DNA of 64,000 bases. Origin: Bacteroidota bacterium (GTDB lineage: Bacteria > Bacteroidota > Ignavibacteria > UBA10030 > UBA6906). Below are positions 47,388-57,773 of the stretch, in pieces. The notes beneath the pieces are model-generated. The model saw only the letters and a list, made by a program, of their open reading frames with translations, was not told where the DNA came from and made no database searches. The first letter of the stretch is position 1. Each line of letters begins with the position of its first letter. Position numbers and translations under genes: made by a program. The stretch lies in contig JBJXHC010000075.1 in NCBI GenBank assembly GCA_046160825.1, positions 991-64,990 on the forward strand, written 5' to 3'.

Positions 47388-48650
47388 ATGTCAGGCAAGA
47401 AATCAAAGAAAAAACTCATCATCTTCTCCTCTCTCGGAGTTGTTGTAATCGTCCTCGCTTTGGTGCTGTTCCTCGGGAGCAAGAAGGAGACGGTGGTGGA
47501 AATTCAGGTGGAAAAGGTGAAGCGCCACACGATCACGCAAATCGTGACGGCGACAGGAAAGATTCAACCGGAAGTCCAAGTGAAGATCTCTCCGGAAGTC
47601 AGCGGTGAGATCGTCGCTCTGCCCGTGAAGGAAGGGCAAAAGGTAAAGAAGGGTGATCTGCTTATGAAGATCAAACCTGATACGTATGTTGCACAGCGTG
47701 ATCAGTTTTCTGCCGGATTGCTTTCGGCGAAGGCTGCTCTGAGTCGGACAGAACCGGAATTCAAGCGCTTCGAGGAATTATATAAGAAGAATCTTGTGTC
47801 CGAATCGGAATATGACCAGGCAAAGGCGTCCTTTGAGTCCAGCAAGGCACAGTATGCCCAGGCAAAAGCGTCGCTTGATCAGGCCGAGGAGAGTTTGAAG
47901 AAAACCACCGTATTTGCTCCGATGGACGGAACGGTGAGCCAATTGAACTCCGAGCTTGGTGAGCGTGTGCTTGGCACGCAGCAGTTTCAGGGGACAGACG
48001 TGATGACCGTTGCCGACCTTTCGCGCATGGAAGCGCGGGTGGACGTGAGTGAAACAGATGTTGTCTTGCTTTCCGTTGGAGACACTGCACGCATCTCTGT
48101 TGATGCGATGCCTGACCGGAAGATCAATGCAATCATTTATGAGATTGCAAACACGGCAAACACCCGCGGTCTGGGTACGCAGGAAGAGGTCACCAATTTT
48201 GAAGTGAAGATGCGTATCGTCGACAAGGGGATAACCTTGCGCCCCGGTATGTCCATGACTGCTGATATCGAAACCGAAACGAAACAGAACGTACTGGCTG
48301 TGCCGATTCAAAGTGTCACCACGCGTGCCCCGAAGATGGAGCAAAAGGATGGTGAGACGGACGGCCAGCAGGGCGAGTTTGTGATGAATGGCGGCGGTCC
48401 GGGAGCGAACGGCGCTATGAAGCCCAATGAAGTCATCTTTGTTGTGGAAAATGGTGCCGTGAAGACCATGACGGTGAAGCGCGGGATCAGCAACTCATCG
48501 CACGTTGAGATTCTTGAAGGGGTTGGCGAGGGAGTCGAAGTCGTTTCCGGCAGCTACAAGGCAATCAACCGTGAGCTTGAAGATGGAACGAAGGTTCGTG
48601 TCTCGGAGCCGAAAAATGAGAAGGGTCGTACACAGGGCGAGAACGCATAA
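47388..48650 (+). CDS. MacA-like membrane fusion / periplasmic adaptor
   Basis: ATGKIQPE..EVSGEI..VKEGQKVKKGDLL, APMDGTV, LRPGMS. Confidence 0.92.
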   Translation: MSGKKSKKKLIIFSSLGVVVIVLALVLFLGSKKETVVEIQVEKVKRHTITQIVTATGKIQPEVQVKISPEVSGEIVALPVKEGQKVKKGDLLMKIKPDTYVAQRDQFSAGLLSAKAALSRTEPEFKRFEELYKKNLVSESEYDQAKASFESSKAQYAQAKASLDQAEESLKKTTVFAPMDGTVSQLNSELGERVLGTQQFQGTDVMTVADLSRMEARVDVSETDVVLLSVGDTARISVDAMPDRKINAIIYEIANTANTRGLGTQEEVTNFEVKMRIVDKGITLRPGMSMTADIETETKQNVLAVPIQSVTTRAPKMEQKDGETDGQQGEFVMNGGGPGANGAMKPNEVIFVVENGAVKTMTVKRGISNSSHVEILEGVGEGVEVVSGSYKAINRELEDGTKVRVSEPKNEKGRTQGENA

Positions 48651-48669
48651 CTCATAAAGAGGAAGAGCA

Positions 48670-49380
48670 ATGAACGTCATCGAACTGAAGAATATCGTCA
48701 AGACGTACGACATGGGAGGAGCCGAGCAGGTACAGGCACTGCGTGGTGCCTCTCTGGCAATTGGCAAGAATGAGTACGTGGCGATTATGGGTCCGTCCGG
48801 ATCCGGCAAATCGACGCTCATGAATATCATCGGCTGCCTTGATACGCCAAGCTCGGGTCTCTATGAGTTCAACGGCATCAACGTCAGTGATATGGACGAC
48901 AACGAACTGGCAAAGATCAGGAACAAGGAGATCGGATTCGTATTTCAGACATTCAATCTGCTCCCCCGTTCGGACGCACTGCATAACGTCGAGTTGCCGC
49001 TGATCTATGCAGGACTCGGTTCAGCCGAGCGCCGCCGCCGTGCTGAGGAAAAGCTTCAACACGTCGGCCTTGGTGATCGCGTTCATCATAAACCGAATGA
49101 GCTTTCCGGCGGTCAACGCCAACGTGTGGCTGTAGCGCGAGCTCTTGTCACCAATCCCTCGATCATTCTTGCCGATGAACCAACGGGAAATCTCGACTCA
49201 AAAACCGGCGAAGAAATTATGGGGTTGTTTGAAGAACTTCACCGCCAGGGAAACACGATCATTCTTGTGACTCATGAGGCCGATATAGCGGAACATGCGC
49301 ACCGTACCATCCGGTTGCGAGATGGTAAAATCGAGAGCGATGAGAAGGTTTTGAAAAGGAAAACTTATGCAATTGCATAA
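48670..49380 (+). CDS. ABC transporter ATP-binding protein (MacB/LolD type)
   Basis: [28 protein letters not shown]. Confidence 0.95.
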   Translation: MNVIELKNIVKTYDMGGAEQVQALRGASLAIGKNEYVAIMGPSGSGKSTLMNIIGCLDTPSSGLYEFNGINVSDMDDNELAKIRNKEIGFVFQTFNLLPRSDALHNVELPLIYAGLGSAERRRRAEEKLQHVGLGDRVHHKPNELSGGQRQRVAVARALVTNPSIILADEPTGNLDSKTGEEIMGLFEELHRQGNTIILVTHEADIAEHAHRTIRLRDGKIESDEKVLKRKTYAIA

Positions 49381-49398
49381 CGTACGCGCGGAGGAAGC

Positions 49399-50628
49399 AT
49401 GTACTTTCTGACAGAGTTGCGTGAAGGGCTGGCGATTTCACTCGGGGCCATTCGGGCCAACAAAATGCGCTCGCTGCTCACGATGCTCGGCATTTTCATC
49501 GGGATTCTTTCTGTGACATTGATGGCGACTGTCATCGATTACCTGAACAAGTCGTTCGAGCGGAGCGCTTCCGCGTTCGGTACCGAGACGATGTATGTCG
49601 AGAAGTTCCCATGGGTTTCCAATGAGGACTGGTCAACGATGCGCAACCGACGCGACTTCAAAGTGGAATATGCAGACCAGTTGGAGCGCCAGTTGACTCT
49701 GGTCGATGCCGTAGCCCCGGTGATGGGTACACGTCGGATAGTCAAGTTTGAGAGTAACCAGATGGAAAGCGCCCTCATCACGGGAACTACTTCTGCGTAT
49801 ATGAAGACCTCGGGGAATTCCGATATCGACGGTCGTTTCTTCTCCGAAGAGGAATCGTCCGGCGGAAGACCGGTCTGTGCCATCGGTGCAACGGTTGCGG
49901 AGAATTTATTTCCTATGGGCGACCCCATCGGTAAGACCATTCGTATTGATGGATATCCCTACACCGTCCTTGGTGTGTTTGAAAAGCAGGGGGGGATGTT
50001 CGGCGAGTTTACAAGCGACAACAGGGTGTACCTTCCTTTGCACTCGTTCATCAGTCATTTCGGTGGAAGGCGGTATGTTTCCATTCATGTAAGAGCGGTG
50101 AGCAAGAAGGCATTGGAGGACGCACGCCTCGAAGTTGAAGGCATCATGCGAAACATCCGCCGGATACCGCCGGGCGCGCCAAGCGATTTCAGTATCAATG
50201 CGTCGGATCAACTCACAAGCGCGTTCGGGCCGATTAGTCTTACCATTGGCGTTATCGGGTTGTTCATTACCGGCCTATCGCTCTTTGTGGGTGGTATCGG
50301 AATCATGAACATCATGTTCGTTTCGGTTACCGAGCGCACACGTGAGATCGGGATCCGAAAGGCGATTGGGGCAAAGAAGCGGGCGATCCTGTTACAATTT
50401 CTCACGGAGTCCATCGTGCTATGTATTCTTGGAAGTATTATCGGACTCCTTGTTTCGTTTGTCCTGGTAATCGTTCTGAGCAACATGATGGAACTTGAGG
50501 CCGCTATGCCGTTTTCTGTCGTGTTCATTGCATTGATTGTTTCTGTCGGTGTAGGAGTCGTTTCGGGTTTCCTTCCCGCATATCGGGCAGCGAAGATGGA
50601 TCCAGTGGAGGCGCTACGTTATGAGTAA
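49399..50628 (+). CDS. ABC transporter permease (MacB/FtsX type)
   Basis: NKMRSLLTMLGI, GIGIMNIMFVSVTERTREIGIRKAIGA, DPVEALRYE. Confidence 0.92.
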   Translation: MYFLTELREGLAISLGAIRANKMRSLLTMLGIFIGILSVTLMATVIDYLNKSFERSASAFGTETMYVEKFPWVSNEDWSTMRNRRDFKVEYADQLERQLTLVDAVAPVMGTRRIVKFESNQMESALITGTTSAYMKTSGNSDIDGRFFSEEESSGGRPVCAIGATVAENLFPMGDPIGKTIRIDGYPYTVLGVFEKQGGMFGEFTSDNRVYLPLHSFISHFGGRRYVSIHVRAVSKKALEDARLEVEGIMRNIRRIPPGAPSDFSINASDQLTSAFGPISLTIGVIGLFITGLSLFVGGIGIMNIMFVSVTERTREIGIRKAIGAKKRAILLQFLTESIVLCILGSIIGLLVSFVLVIVLSNMMELEAAMPFSVVFIALIVSVGVGVVSGFLPAYRAAKMDPVEALRYE

Positions 50629-51880
50629 AAGACTGCTCGACATGGCGATGTTCAAAGAGAGCCTTGCAATGGCGTTGAATGCCGTGCGTGCGAATAAGCT
50701 CCGTTCGTCACTCACTCTCGTCGGCATCGTTGTCGGTATATTCTCCATTATTTCGGTTATGACTGCGATGGGTGTTCTGCGCAATGCCATTGAAGAAGGT
50801 ATGATGCAACTGGGAGCGAATACCGTGCAGTTGCAGAAATTTCCTCCCGGCGGACCTGGTGGCGGTCGTGAGCGGTGGAGATTCCGCAACAGAAAGAACA
50901 TCACATACGACCAGGCTCTCCAGATCCGGAATAAGGCAACACTGGCGGAAGCTGTTGGGATTGAGGCTTGGGAGTTTGGCAGGATGGTATGGTGGAACGG
51001 ACAAAAAACGAATCCCAACGTCTCCGTCGCCGGCGAAAACCCCGAAGGGCTGATTACCAACGATTGGGTCGTCGATTACGGTCGCGGCATTACGAATGAG
51101 GATCTTGATCTCGGACGACGCGTAGCAGTATTAGGGAGCCCTATTGTAGAAAAACTATTCCCGCCGAGTGTGACTCCATTGGGGCAATCGATTCGTGTGG
51201 ATGGTGCTGTCTATCAGGTGATTGGTGTATTGAAATCAAAGGGAGGCGTCCTCGGTGGCGACCAGGACAACTTCGTGCTCATCCCGATTACGACGTTTTT
51301 TCAGAAGTACGGGAAGGACAAGGATATCCACGTTATGGTGAAGGCGCGGAGCCGCGAAGTTGTGGATGATGCTCTTGAGCAATCGCGCATGATCCTCCGT
51401 GTGGCGCGTAATGTTCCTCCGGGCGCAGAGGATGATTTCGGATACTTCTCCAATGATTCCATACTCAAGCAATTCAATGATTTCACCATCTACCTCCGGC
51501 TCGGCGTTCTCGCCGTCAGCTCGATCGCGTTGCTGGCTGCGGGGATCGGCATCATGAACATCATGCTGGTCTCAGTGACAGAACGGACCCGTGAAATCGG
51601 CATCCGCAAAGCCATCGGTGCTCGAAAGAGCGACGTCCTCTCACAATTCATTATCGAAGCGATTATCCTCTGCCAGATTGGGGGCATCCTTGGTGTCATC
51701 CTCGGCATTGTCGTCGGTAATCTTGTTATCGGACTCTGGCTGGGGACGTCTGTCGTCATTCCGTGGGACTGGGCAGCCATCGGCGTCATCGTCTGTTCCC
51801 TCGTCGGCATGATCTTCGGTGTTTATCCGGCATGGAAGGCTTCGACGCTTGATCCCATCGAGGCACTGCGTTACGAGTAA
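50621..51880 (+). CDS. ABC transporter permease (MacB/FtsX type), second paralog
   Basis: NKLRSSLTLVGI, GIGIMNIMLVSVTERTREIG, DPIEALRYE. Confidence 0.92.
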   Translation: MSKRLLDMAMFKESLAMALNAVRANKLRSSLTLVGIVVGIFSIISVMTAMGVLRNAIEEGMMQLGANTVQLQKFPPGGPGGGRERWRFRNRKNITYDQALQIRNKATLAEAVGIEAWEFGRMVWWNGQKTNPNVSVAGENPEGLITNDWVVDYGRGITNEDLDLGRRVAVLGSPIVEKLFPPSVTPLGQSIRVDGAVYQVIGVLKSKGGVLGGDQDNFVLIPITTFFQKYGKDKDIHVMVKARSREVVDDALEQSRMILRVARNVPPGAEDDFGYFSNDSILKQFNDFTIYLRLGVLAVSSIALLAAGIGIMNIMLVSVTERTREIGIRKAIGARKSDVLSQFIIEAIILCQIGGILGVILGIVVGNLVIGLWLGTSVVIPWDWAAIGVIVCSLVGMIFGVYPAWKASTLDPIEALRYE

Positions 51881-51999
51881 TGTTTGCATTCCCGCTGACC
51901 GGCTGGTGGGATTCGGTCGGCGGGTATTCATCTCATCTTGCTTTTCCAGCCCAATCTCTTATCTTCAACCCCTGACATGAAACACAAAACATTTCCGGA

Positions 52000-53559
52000 G
52001 TGTTGGCAGGAGTGGGGTTGAGGCTTCCTTTCTTGTATTTCCTTCTTCCGTTGTTGGTCATTCTCGTGCTGCCTTCGCGGGCTTTTTCTCAAGATACCCT
52101 CATAAGTCCGGTCTTCAAGAATTATCGTCACCCGAAGCCCGCCGCGATCATCGAGCGATCCGATGCGACCTACCAGATGTGGCAAACCTTTCAGCTTACT
52201 CAAAAAGCCAATTCGGGTGATTTCCTAGCCCAGTATGAACTCGGCGTGAGGTATTTGATCGGTCGCGGCCTCACAGCCGACTCGACAAAGGGAGCGTATT
52301 GGACACGGAAGGCAGCGGATCAAGGTTTGGCGTCAGCACGATTCAACCTGGGTATTTTGTTGGAACACGGTTGGGGCGTTGAATGGAATCCGTTCGAAGC
52401 GTATAGCCAGTTCGCCCTGGCGGCAGAACGAGGTATGCCTGAAGCACAGTTTGCGATGGGACATTTGCTCACGGACAACCTTGTTGTCCCGCGCAACTGG
52501 GAAGATGCATATCAATGGATCAGAGCTGCTGCCGACTCGGGATATGAACCTGCAAAAGACGCGCTACCGGAGTTTCTTAAGCGCGGATACGGCGATGATT
52601 CCACGACTCCGTACACGGCGACGACAACCCCGACTCGGTCAGGTCAGCAATGGGCCCCAATCCTCATCGACTTTGCCAGCGATACAACAAAAAAAGTTGA
52701 TGACAAGATGCTCCTGAGTGCCCTTCTGCGCGAGGCGACACCCGCAATGCAGAAAGCGCTTGGTACTGCCACTCCCGACACCTCCCTGAATCTTGATAGC
52801 GCGGCATTGCAGTCCGTCCAGCGTGCTGCCAATGCCGGAAGTCCTGAGGCGCTTACCGTGCTTGGCCGCTGTTATGAAAAGGGAGTTGGTATGAAAAAGG
52901 ATCCAGTGAGGGCCGTGTCGAATTACATCCGGGCAGTGCGCTTCGATGGGCCTCATGCCTTTGATCTTCTCTGGACTTTGTTGGAACAGCAGCAAGTCGT
53001 TGCCGAACTGCGCGTGCGTGCCGCGCAGAACCAGGAAGAAGCGATGTTCTGTCTTGCAACACTCGCGTCACTGGGGCTCCAGTACCCATTGCTCAAGGGA
53101 CACGCATGGGTTACCGAAGCACAGGCACTGGAACTACTGACGCTGGCTGCACGGCGTGGACATATCGCATCGAAGATTGAACTGGGGCTTTGCTACTTCT
53201 CCGGTCGCTGGGTGAATCAAAATAGAGAGCGGGCTTTCGACCTTTGGACAGAGGCAGGAGACATGGGAAGTATCGAAGCGGAAGTTCGTCTTGCAGCATC
53301 CATGATCATGAGTGAAACCGGCAATCCGGATTCGGTGACCCACAAACTGGACAAGGGAATAGAGGAGGGTTCAGTCCTTGCCCAAGTCGCTCTGGGCTAT
53401 TGTTATGAACGGGGTTTTGGTATGATGAAAAGCAAAGGTGAAGCTGCCCGTTATTACCGTAACGCAGCAACACGTGGCAGTCAGGATGCGTATCGGGCGC
53501 TTATCCGCATTCATGACGAGATCAGACCTCAAGAGGCGCGGTTCCGCATAGAGGGTTAG
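52000..53559 (+). CDS. Secreted Sel1-repeat protein
   Basis: Signal-like N-terminus; repeated AQ..LG..Y..G.G....A..W..AA..G units. Confidence 0.88.
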   Translation: MLAGVGLRLPFLYFLLPLLVILVLPSRAFSQDTLISPVFKNYRHPKPAAIIERSDATYQMWQTFQLTQKANSGDFLAQYELGVRYLIGRGLTADSTKGAYWTRKAADQGLASARFNLGILLEHGWGVEWNPFEAYSQFALAAERGMPEAQFAMGHLLTDNLVVPRNWEDAYQWIRAAADSGYEPAKDALPEFLKRGYGDDSTTPYTATTTPTRSGQQWAPILIDFASDTTKKVDDKMLLSALLREATPAMQKALGTATPDTSLNLDSAALQSVQRAANAGSPEALTVLGRCYEKGVGMKKDPVRAVSNYIRAVRFDGPHAFDLLWTLLEQQQVVAELRVRAAQNQEEAMFCLATLASLGLQYPLLKGHAWVTEAQALELLTLAARRGHIASKIELGLCYFSGRWVNQNRERAFDLWTEAGDMGSIEAEVRLAASMIMSETGNPDSVTHKLDKGIEEGSVLAQVALGYCYERGFGMMKSKGEAARYYRNAATRGSQDAYRALIRIHDEIRPQEARFRIEG

Positions 53560-56500
53560 GCAAGCTCCGGAGTATAATCGAGTGCCTGTCGCATTCCATT
53601 TAACATTTCAGCTATTTTGTACGGCTTGTGGATAAAATCAATTGCCCCGGCATCAAGAAGTTCCTTCTTCTTCTCCTCTCTGATGAACCCGGTACTGAAC
53701 AACACTTTCACTGAAGGATTGATCTTTCTCAACTGACGGAAGACCTGTTCTCCTGAGAGTTTCGGCAGGCCCATATCCGACACAACGAGATCAATCTCAT
53801 CCTTCCTTGCCGTGTATACAGCAACTCCTTCTTCACCATCGCGGGCTTCGAGAACAAGATATCCTGCTTTCTTCAGCATGTCGACGATAAGAGAACGAAG
53901 AATCTCCTCATCTTCAATGACAAGGATTGTTTCTCCGGAACCCTGTGATGGCCATGTTTCCGATGACATTTCCGATGTGTTTCTTTGGGCAATGATCGGG
54001 AAATAGACCGAGAAAGTCGTCCCTTCCCCCAACCGACTTTGTACTTCAATCTGTCCATGATGTGCTTTAACAATTCCATGAACGATGGAAAGTCCCAGCC
54101 CCGTTCCCTTGCCGATCTCCTTTGTCGTGAAGAACGGTTCGAAGATTCTCCGCTGTACCTCAGGCGGAATTCCTGTCCCCGTGTCTGAGACCCGCAGAAC
54201 GGCATGTTCGGCATTTGCTGGAAGACCAAATCGCTCCTCAAGATACTGGCCCGGAGTGGATTCGAGTGCGATCGTCAGGTTCCCGCCATCTCGAACGGGA
54301 TGTGCGAGCATAGCGTCGCGAGCGTTGATGCAAAGGTTCAACAACACTTGATGGATCTGACCCTCATCTCCCATGATCACTCCCTGTTTCATATTGATCG
54401 AGATGGTGATCTCGATGGTTTTCGGGAATGAATGGTCAAGAATTTTCTTGACCTCCGTGACGATGTGTGAAAGGGAAACAGGAGAAAGCTTGGCGGCCTC
54501 TGCCCGCGAGAATTGCAGCAGTTGTTTTGCAATTGCCGCGCCGCGCAGCGTGGTTTCTTCAACCATGTTGGCATAACGTACCACCTGAAGGTCGGACGAG
54601 TGATGCTTGATCATCTGCGCGGCCGTGAGCGTCACCCCCATGACGTTGTTGAAATCATGGGCAATACCGCTGGCAAGTTGTCCGACCGCCTCCATTTTTT
54701 GTGCTTGCAACAGTTGATCCTCAAGACGTTTGCGGTCCGTTTCATCGAACAGATATCCTTTCACGGACGTGAGATCACCCTGGTCATTGAATGTCCCGAT
54801 AAGATTTGCAACCACATGAATAGGTTTGCCATCTTTTCGTCGCAGTTCGGTTTCATAATATTCGAGCTTTTTCATCTTGCGGACAGCTTCAAAGATGTTG
54901 TTCCGTGCTTCGATGCCGCTGTGGAGAACTCGGTAGTCGCTCTTCAGCGCCTCGTCGACAGACCCAAAGCCGAAGATGCGCGCAAATGCCGGATTACATG
55001 CATGGATTTTTCCCTCCGGAGTCGAAATGAAATCACCCGTCAAATCATCCTCAAACATCTGTCGATAACGTTCTTCGCTTTCGCGTAGGGCAACCTCGGA
55101 ACGCTTCGTTTCGATGACTTTGGCAACCTGGGATGAGACGAATTCGAGCATGTGTTGTTCCACGACGCCGTACGCTTTGGGATCGGCATAGTGTTGCACC
55201 ACCATTGCACCGATGGTTTTATTGGCGACGATCAATGGTACGCCCAGCCAGATGGGGGATGGTGCTCCGACAAGCTCTGCTTCGCCATTTCTGATAAGTT
55301 CAGTAAGGATGTCATCGGGACACAAGAGTGATCTCCCGGTTCGCAGGACATAAGCAGTCAGGCCTTTGCCAGGAGGCATCGGAGGAGAAGGGACGTCAAC
55401 TTCATCCACGAAATAGGAGAAGTGGAGAAGGTCGTCGCTTTCGTCATACAGGGCGATATAGAAATTATTCGCGGGCATAACTTCCTGAATAATGCGATGG
55501 ACCGCGACATACAGGTCATCGAGCTGTGGCGCGGCATCCGCTGCCTGCGCTATGCGATACACCGCATCCTGGAGTTTATCTGCCCGTTTCTTTTCGGTGA
55601 TGTCCTGTGCGACACTCATCAACGCCAATGGTTCCCCGGTTTCGCCCCGCACAACAGATCTAGAAAGCGATACGAGAAACTCCGTGCCATCCTTGCGTTG
55701 ATCCCACAGTTCCCCTTTCCACCCGTCGCGCAGAGTCTGGCCCAGAATCGTCTCTGCAAGTTCAGGGGCATTGCGCGCCGAGCGCACGTTGCCGATATGT
55801 CTGCCGATGAGTTCGTCCTCACGATACCCGTACATCCGAAGGAAAGCGTCATTCACGAACAGAATATTGTCATCAATGTCGGTCAGTGCCACGCCTTCGG
55901 CAATGCTCCGGAGAGCATGGGCAAGCATCGCGAGTCGGCTTTCCGTCTGCTTTCTGTCTGAGATGTCGCGCTGGGTTCCCCATGCACGCACGAGGTGACC
56001 GGATTCGACCATGCCGACGAGGTTGTTCAGGAAGTAGCGCATGATTCCTTCATTATCGGGCTCATGCGATTCGGCATTGAGAAGCCTGTATCCTGAGCGG
56101 AGGAAGGCCTGCAGGTACTCGATGTTCCGCTGATCGCTCCTGATCAGGAGGTCTTTGAGTCGGGTTCCCTGCAATTCCTCTGCTCGTACCCGTCCGTACA
56201 TTCTGGCCATGACGTCGTTACACTGGGCAAGATATCCGTGCGCGTAAATAAAATCAATCTGATGGTCTTCGGTGAGAGTCAGGGGCATCGGCTGATCCAA
56301 TTCAAATCGCCAGATTGCCTCGGAGCTTTGCTCGACGAAAGCCCTGTAGCGTTCCTCACTCGTCCGCAACGCCTCGACAGTTTCCTTCCGCTCGGTGATG
56401 TCACGGTAGTTTACGACAATGGCACCCACGGCGGGATCTCCCAGCAGGTTCGTCCCGATTCCATCCATCCATCGCCATGTCCCGTCCTTGTGCTTCATGC

Positions 56501-57551
56501 GATAGGTTGCGCTGGCAGAGCCGTCGCTTTGTTGCACGAGTTGGGTGAGCAGGCGGGTGGTCTCAGGATGATCATCCGGGTGAATCAGCGAGAACGCATT
56601 GATGCCTGTGAATTCCACGGCCGAGTAACCAAGAATACGCTCGGTGGATGGTCCGGCATATATGATAGTTCCCCCCGCATCGACAAGTGCAATGCCCTCG
56701 GAACTGTGCTCGATAAGCGACCGGAAGCGTTGCTCGCTTGTGCGGAGACGTTCTTCATTCTGTTTGCGTTCAGTAACATCACGTGACACGATAACAACAC
56801 GGGAAGGTTTGCCCGTAGAGTCGGATACGACGTTGCCTTGGGATTCGATGTGGCGAACAGAGCCGTCCTTGAGCAGAAAACGATACTCCGACCGCTTTCC
56901 GACACCCGTTCGTATGGTTTCCGCAAATATCTCTTTGATCCTCTCCCGATCTTCCGGGTGAATCTCCTGGAATGAATCGGTTCCCCGGAGATTGGCAGGG
57001 TCATTCAGAATCTCTTTGTACGAGAGGCTATTGTCTAATCGGATTCCCTCAGGATTCACCACGGCAATCAGATCGGAGACGTTGTCTGCGATGTGACGCA
57101 GGGTTGCCTCACTCTGTCGGAGAGCTGCTTCTGCTTGCGTGGTTGCATCACTCTTGTGTTTCAAGCGCAGGGCATTTTGAATGGCAGGCCCAAGCAAATG
57201 GAGTTGATCCTTGCTGATATAATCAGTTGCGCCGGCGTGCATACAGCGGACAGCGATTTCCTCTGAATTTGCTCCAGAGACGATGATCACCGGTGTTTTC
57301 GGCATTCGGTCGTTGAAGACGGCCAGTACATCAACGCCATTAAAGCCTGCGAGTGAATAATCGGAGAGGACACAATCGGGGGGGAATTGTTCGATCTCCA
57401 CGGCGATATCCTGGAGTGTGTCGACGCGGACAACCTTGGAAGGAAAGGGGAGTTTTGCAAGAGAAAACTCGATGAGTCTCGCGTCGGCGGGAGATTCTTT
57501 AACTAACAGAATCCGCAATACGCCTGTGACTTGATCATTCAGTCGATGCAT
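53556..57551 (-). CDS. Cytoplasmic hybrid histidine kinase (REC-4xPAS-GAF-PAS-HisKA-HATPase-REC)
   Basis: Multiple PAS/PAC (HPEDR, HPDD, DITE), GAF (WLGVPL), GIAHDFNN, NARDAM, GTGLGLS, C-terminal REC. Confidence 0.93.
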   Translation of the reverse strand: MHRLNDQVTGVLRILLVKESPADARLIEFSLAKLPFPSKVVRVDTLQDIAVEIEQFPPDCVLSDYSLAGFNGVDVLAVFNDRMPKTPVIIVSGANSEEIAVRCMHAGATDYISKDQLHLLGPAIQNALRLKHKSDATTQAEAALRQSEATLRHIADNVSDLIAVVNPEGIRLDNSLSYKEILNDPANLRGTDSFQEIHPEDRERIKEIFAETIRTGVGKRSEYRFLLKDGSVRHIESQGNVVSDSTGKPSRVVIVSRDVTERKQNEERLRTSEQRFRSLIEHSSEGIALVDAGGTIIYAGPSTERILGYSAVEFTGINAFSLIHPDDHPETTRLLTQLVQQSDGSASATYRMKHKDGTWRWMDGIGTNLLGDPAVGAIVVNYRDITERKETVEALRTSEERYRAFVEQSSEAIWRFELDQPMPLTLTEDHQIDFIYAHGYLAQCNDVMARMYGRVRAEELQGTRLKDLLIRSDQRNIEYLQAFLRSGYRLLNAESHEPDNEGIMRYFLNNLVGMVESGHLVRAWGTQRDISDRKQTESRLAMLAHALRSIAEGVALTDIDDNILFVNDAFLRMYGYREDELIGRHIGNVRSARNAPELAETILGQTLRDGWKGELWDQRKDGTEFLVSLSRSVVRGETGEPLALMSVAQDITEKKRADKLQDAVYRIAQAADAAPQLDDLYVAVHRIIQEVMPANNFYIALYDESDDLLHFSYFVDEVDVPSPPMPPGKGLTAYVLRTGRSLLCPDDILTELIRNGEAELVGAPSPIWLGVPLIVANKTIGAMVVQHYADPKAYGVVEQHMLEFVSSQVAKVIETKRSEVALRESEERYRQMFEDDLTGDFISTPEGKIHACNPAFARIFGFGSVDEALKSDYRVLHSGIEARNNIFEAVRKMKKLEYYETELRRKDGKPIHVVANLIGTFNDQGDLTSVKGYLFDETDRKRLEDQLLQAQKMEAVGQLASGIAHDFNNVMGVTLTAAQMIKHHSSDLQVVRYANMVEETTLRGAAIAKQLLQFSRAEAAKLSPVSLSHIVTEVKKILDHSFPKTIEITISINMKQGVIMGDEGQIHQVLLNLCINARDAMLAHPVRDGGNLTIALESTPGQYLEERFGLPANAEHAVLRVSDTGTGIPPEVQRRIFEPFFTTKEIGKGTGLGLSIVHGIVKAHHGQIEVQSRLGEGTTFSVYFPIIAQRNTSEMSSETWPSQGSGETILVIEDEEILRSLIVDMLKKAGYLVLEARDGEEGVAVYTARKDEIDLVVSDMGLPKLSGEQVFRQLRKINPSVKVLFSTGFIREEKKKELLDAGAIDFIHKPYKIAEMLNGMRQALDYTPELA

Positions 57552-57773
57552 CGTTTCTGTGTCTGTTCTGAGATGGCCATTCGTCTTCCCGGGTGGAGTA
57601 TATCCACCGCTCCTTCGAGTGTCCCGAACCTATAAAAACAAGTGTAAACTTCCATTTGTTGAAGAGTGAAATTCATCTCGCCCTCTCGAAAGCTTTGTTG
57701 TCTGGTCGCGCCGTTGACCTCACATCGGTGAGATTGGCTTCGAGCCACAAGGTCAATGCCCTCCGTTTTTTTA

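Noticed and set aside
45981-51880. TolC-MacA-ABC with two permeases as a novel system
   Set aside because: Common arrangement in Bacteroidota-related genomes; no cargo gene evident
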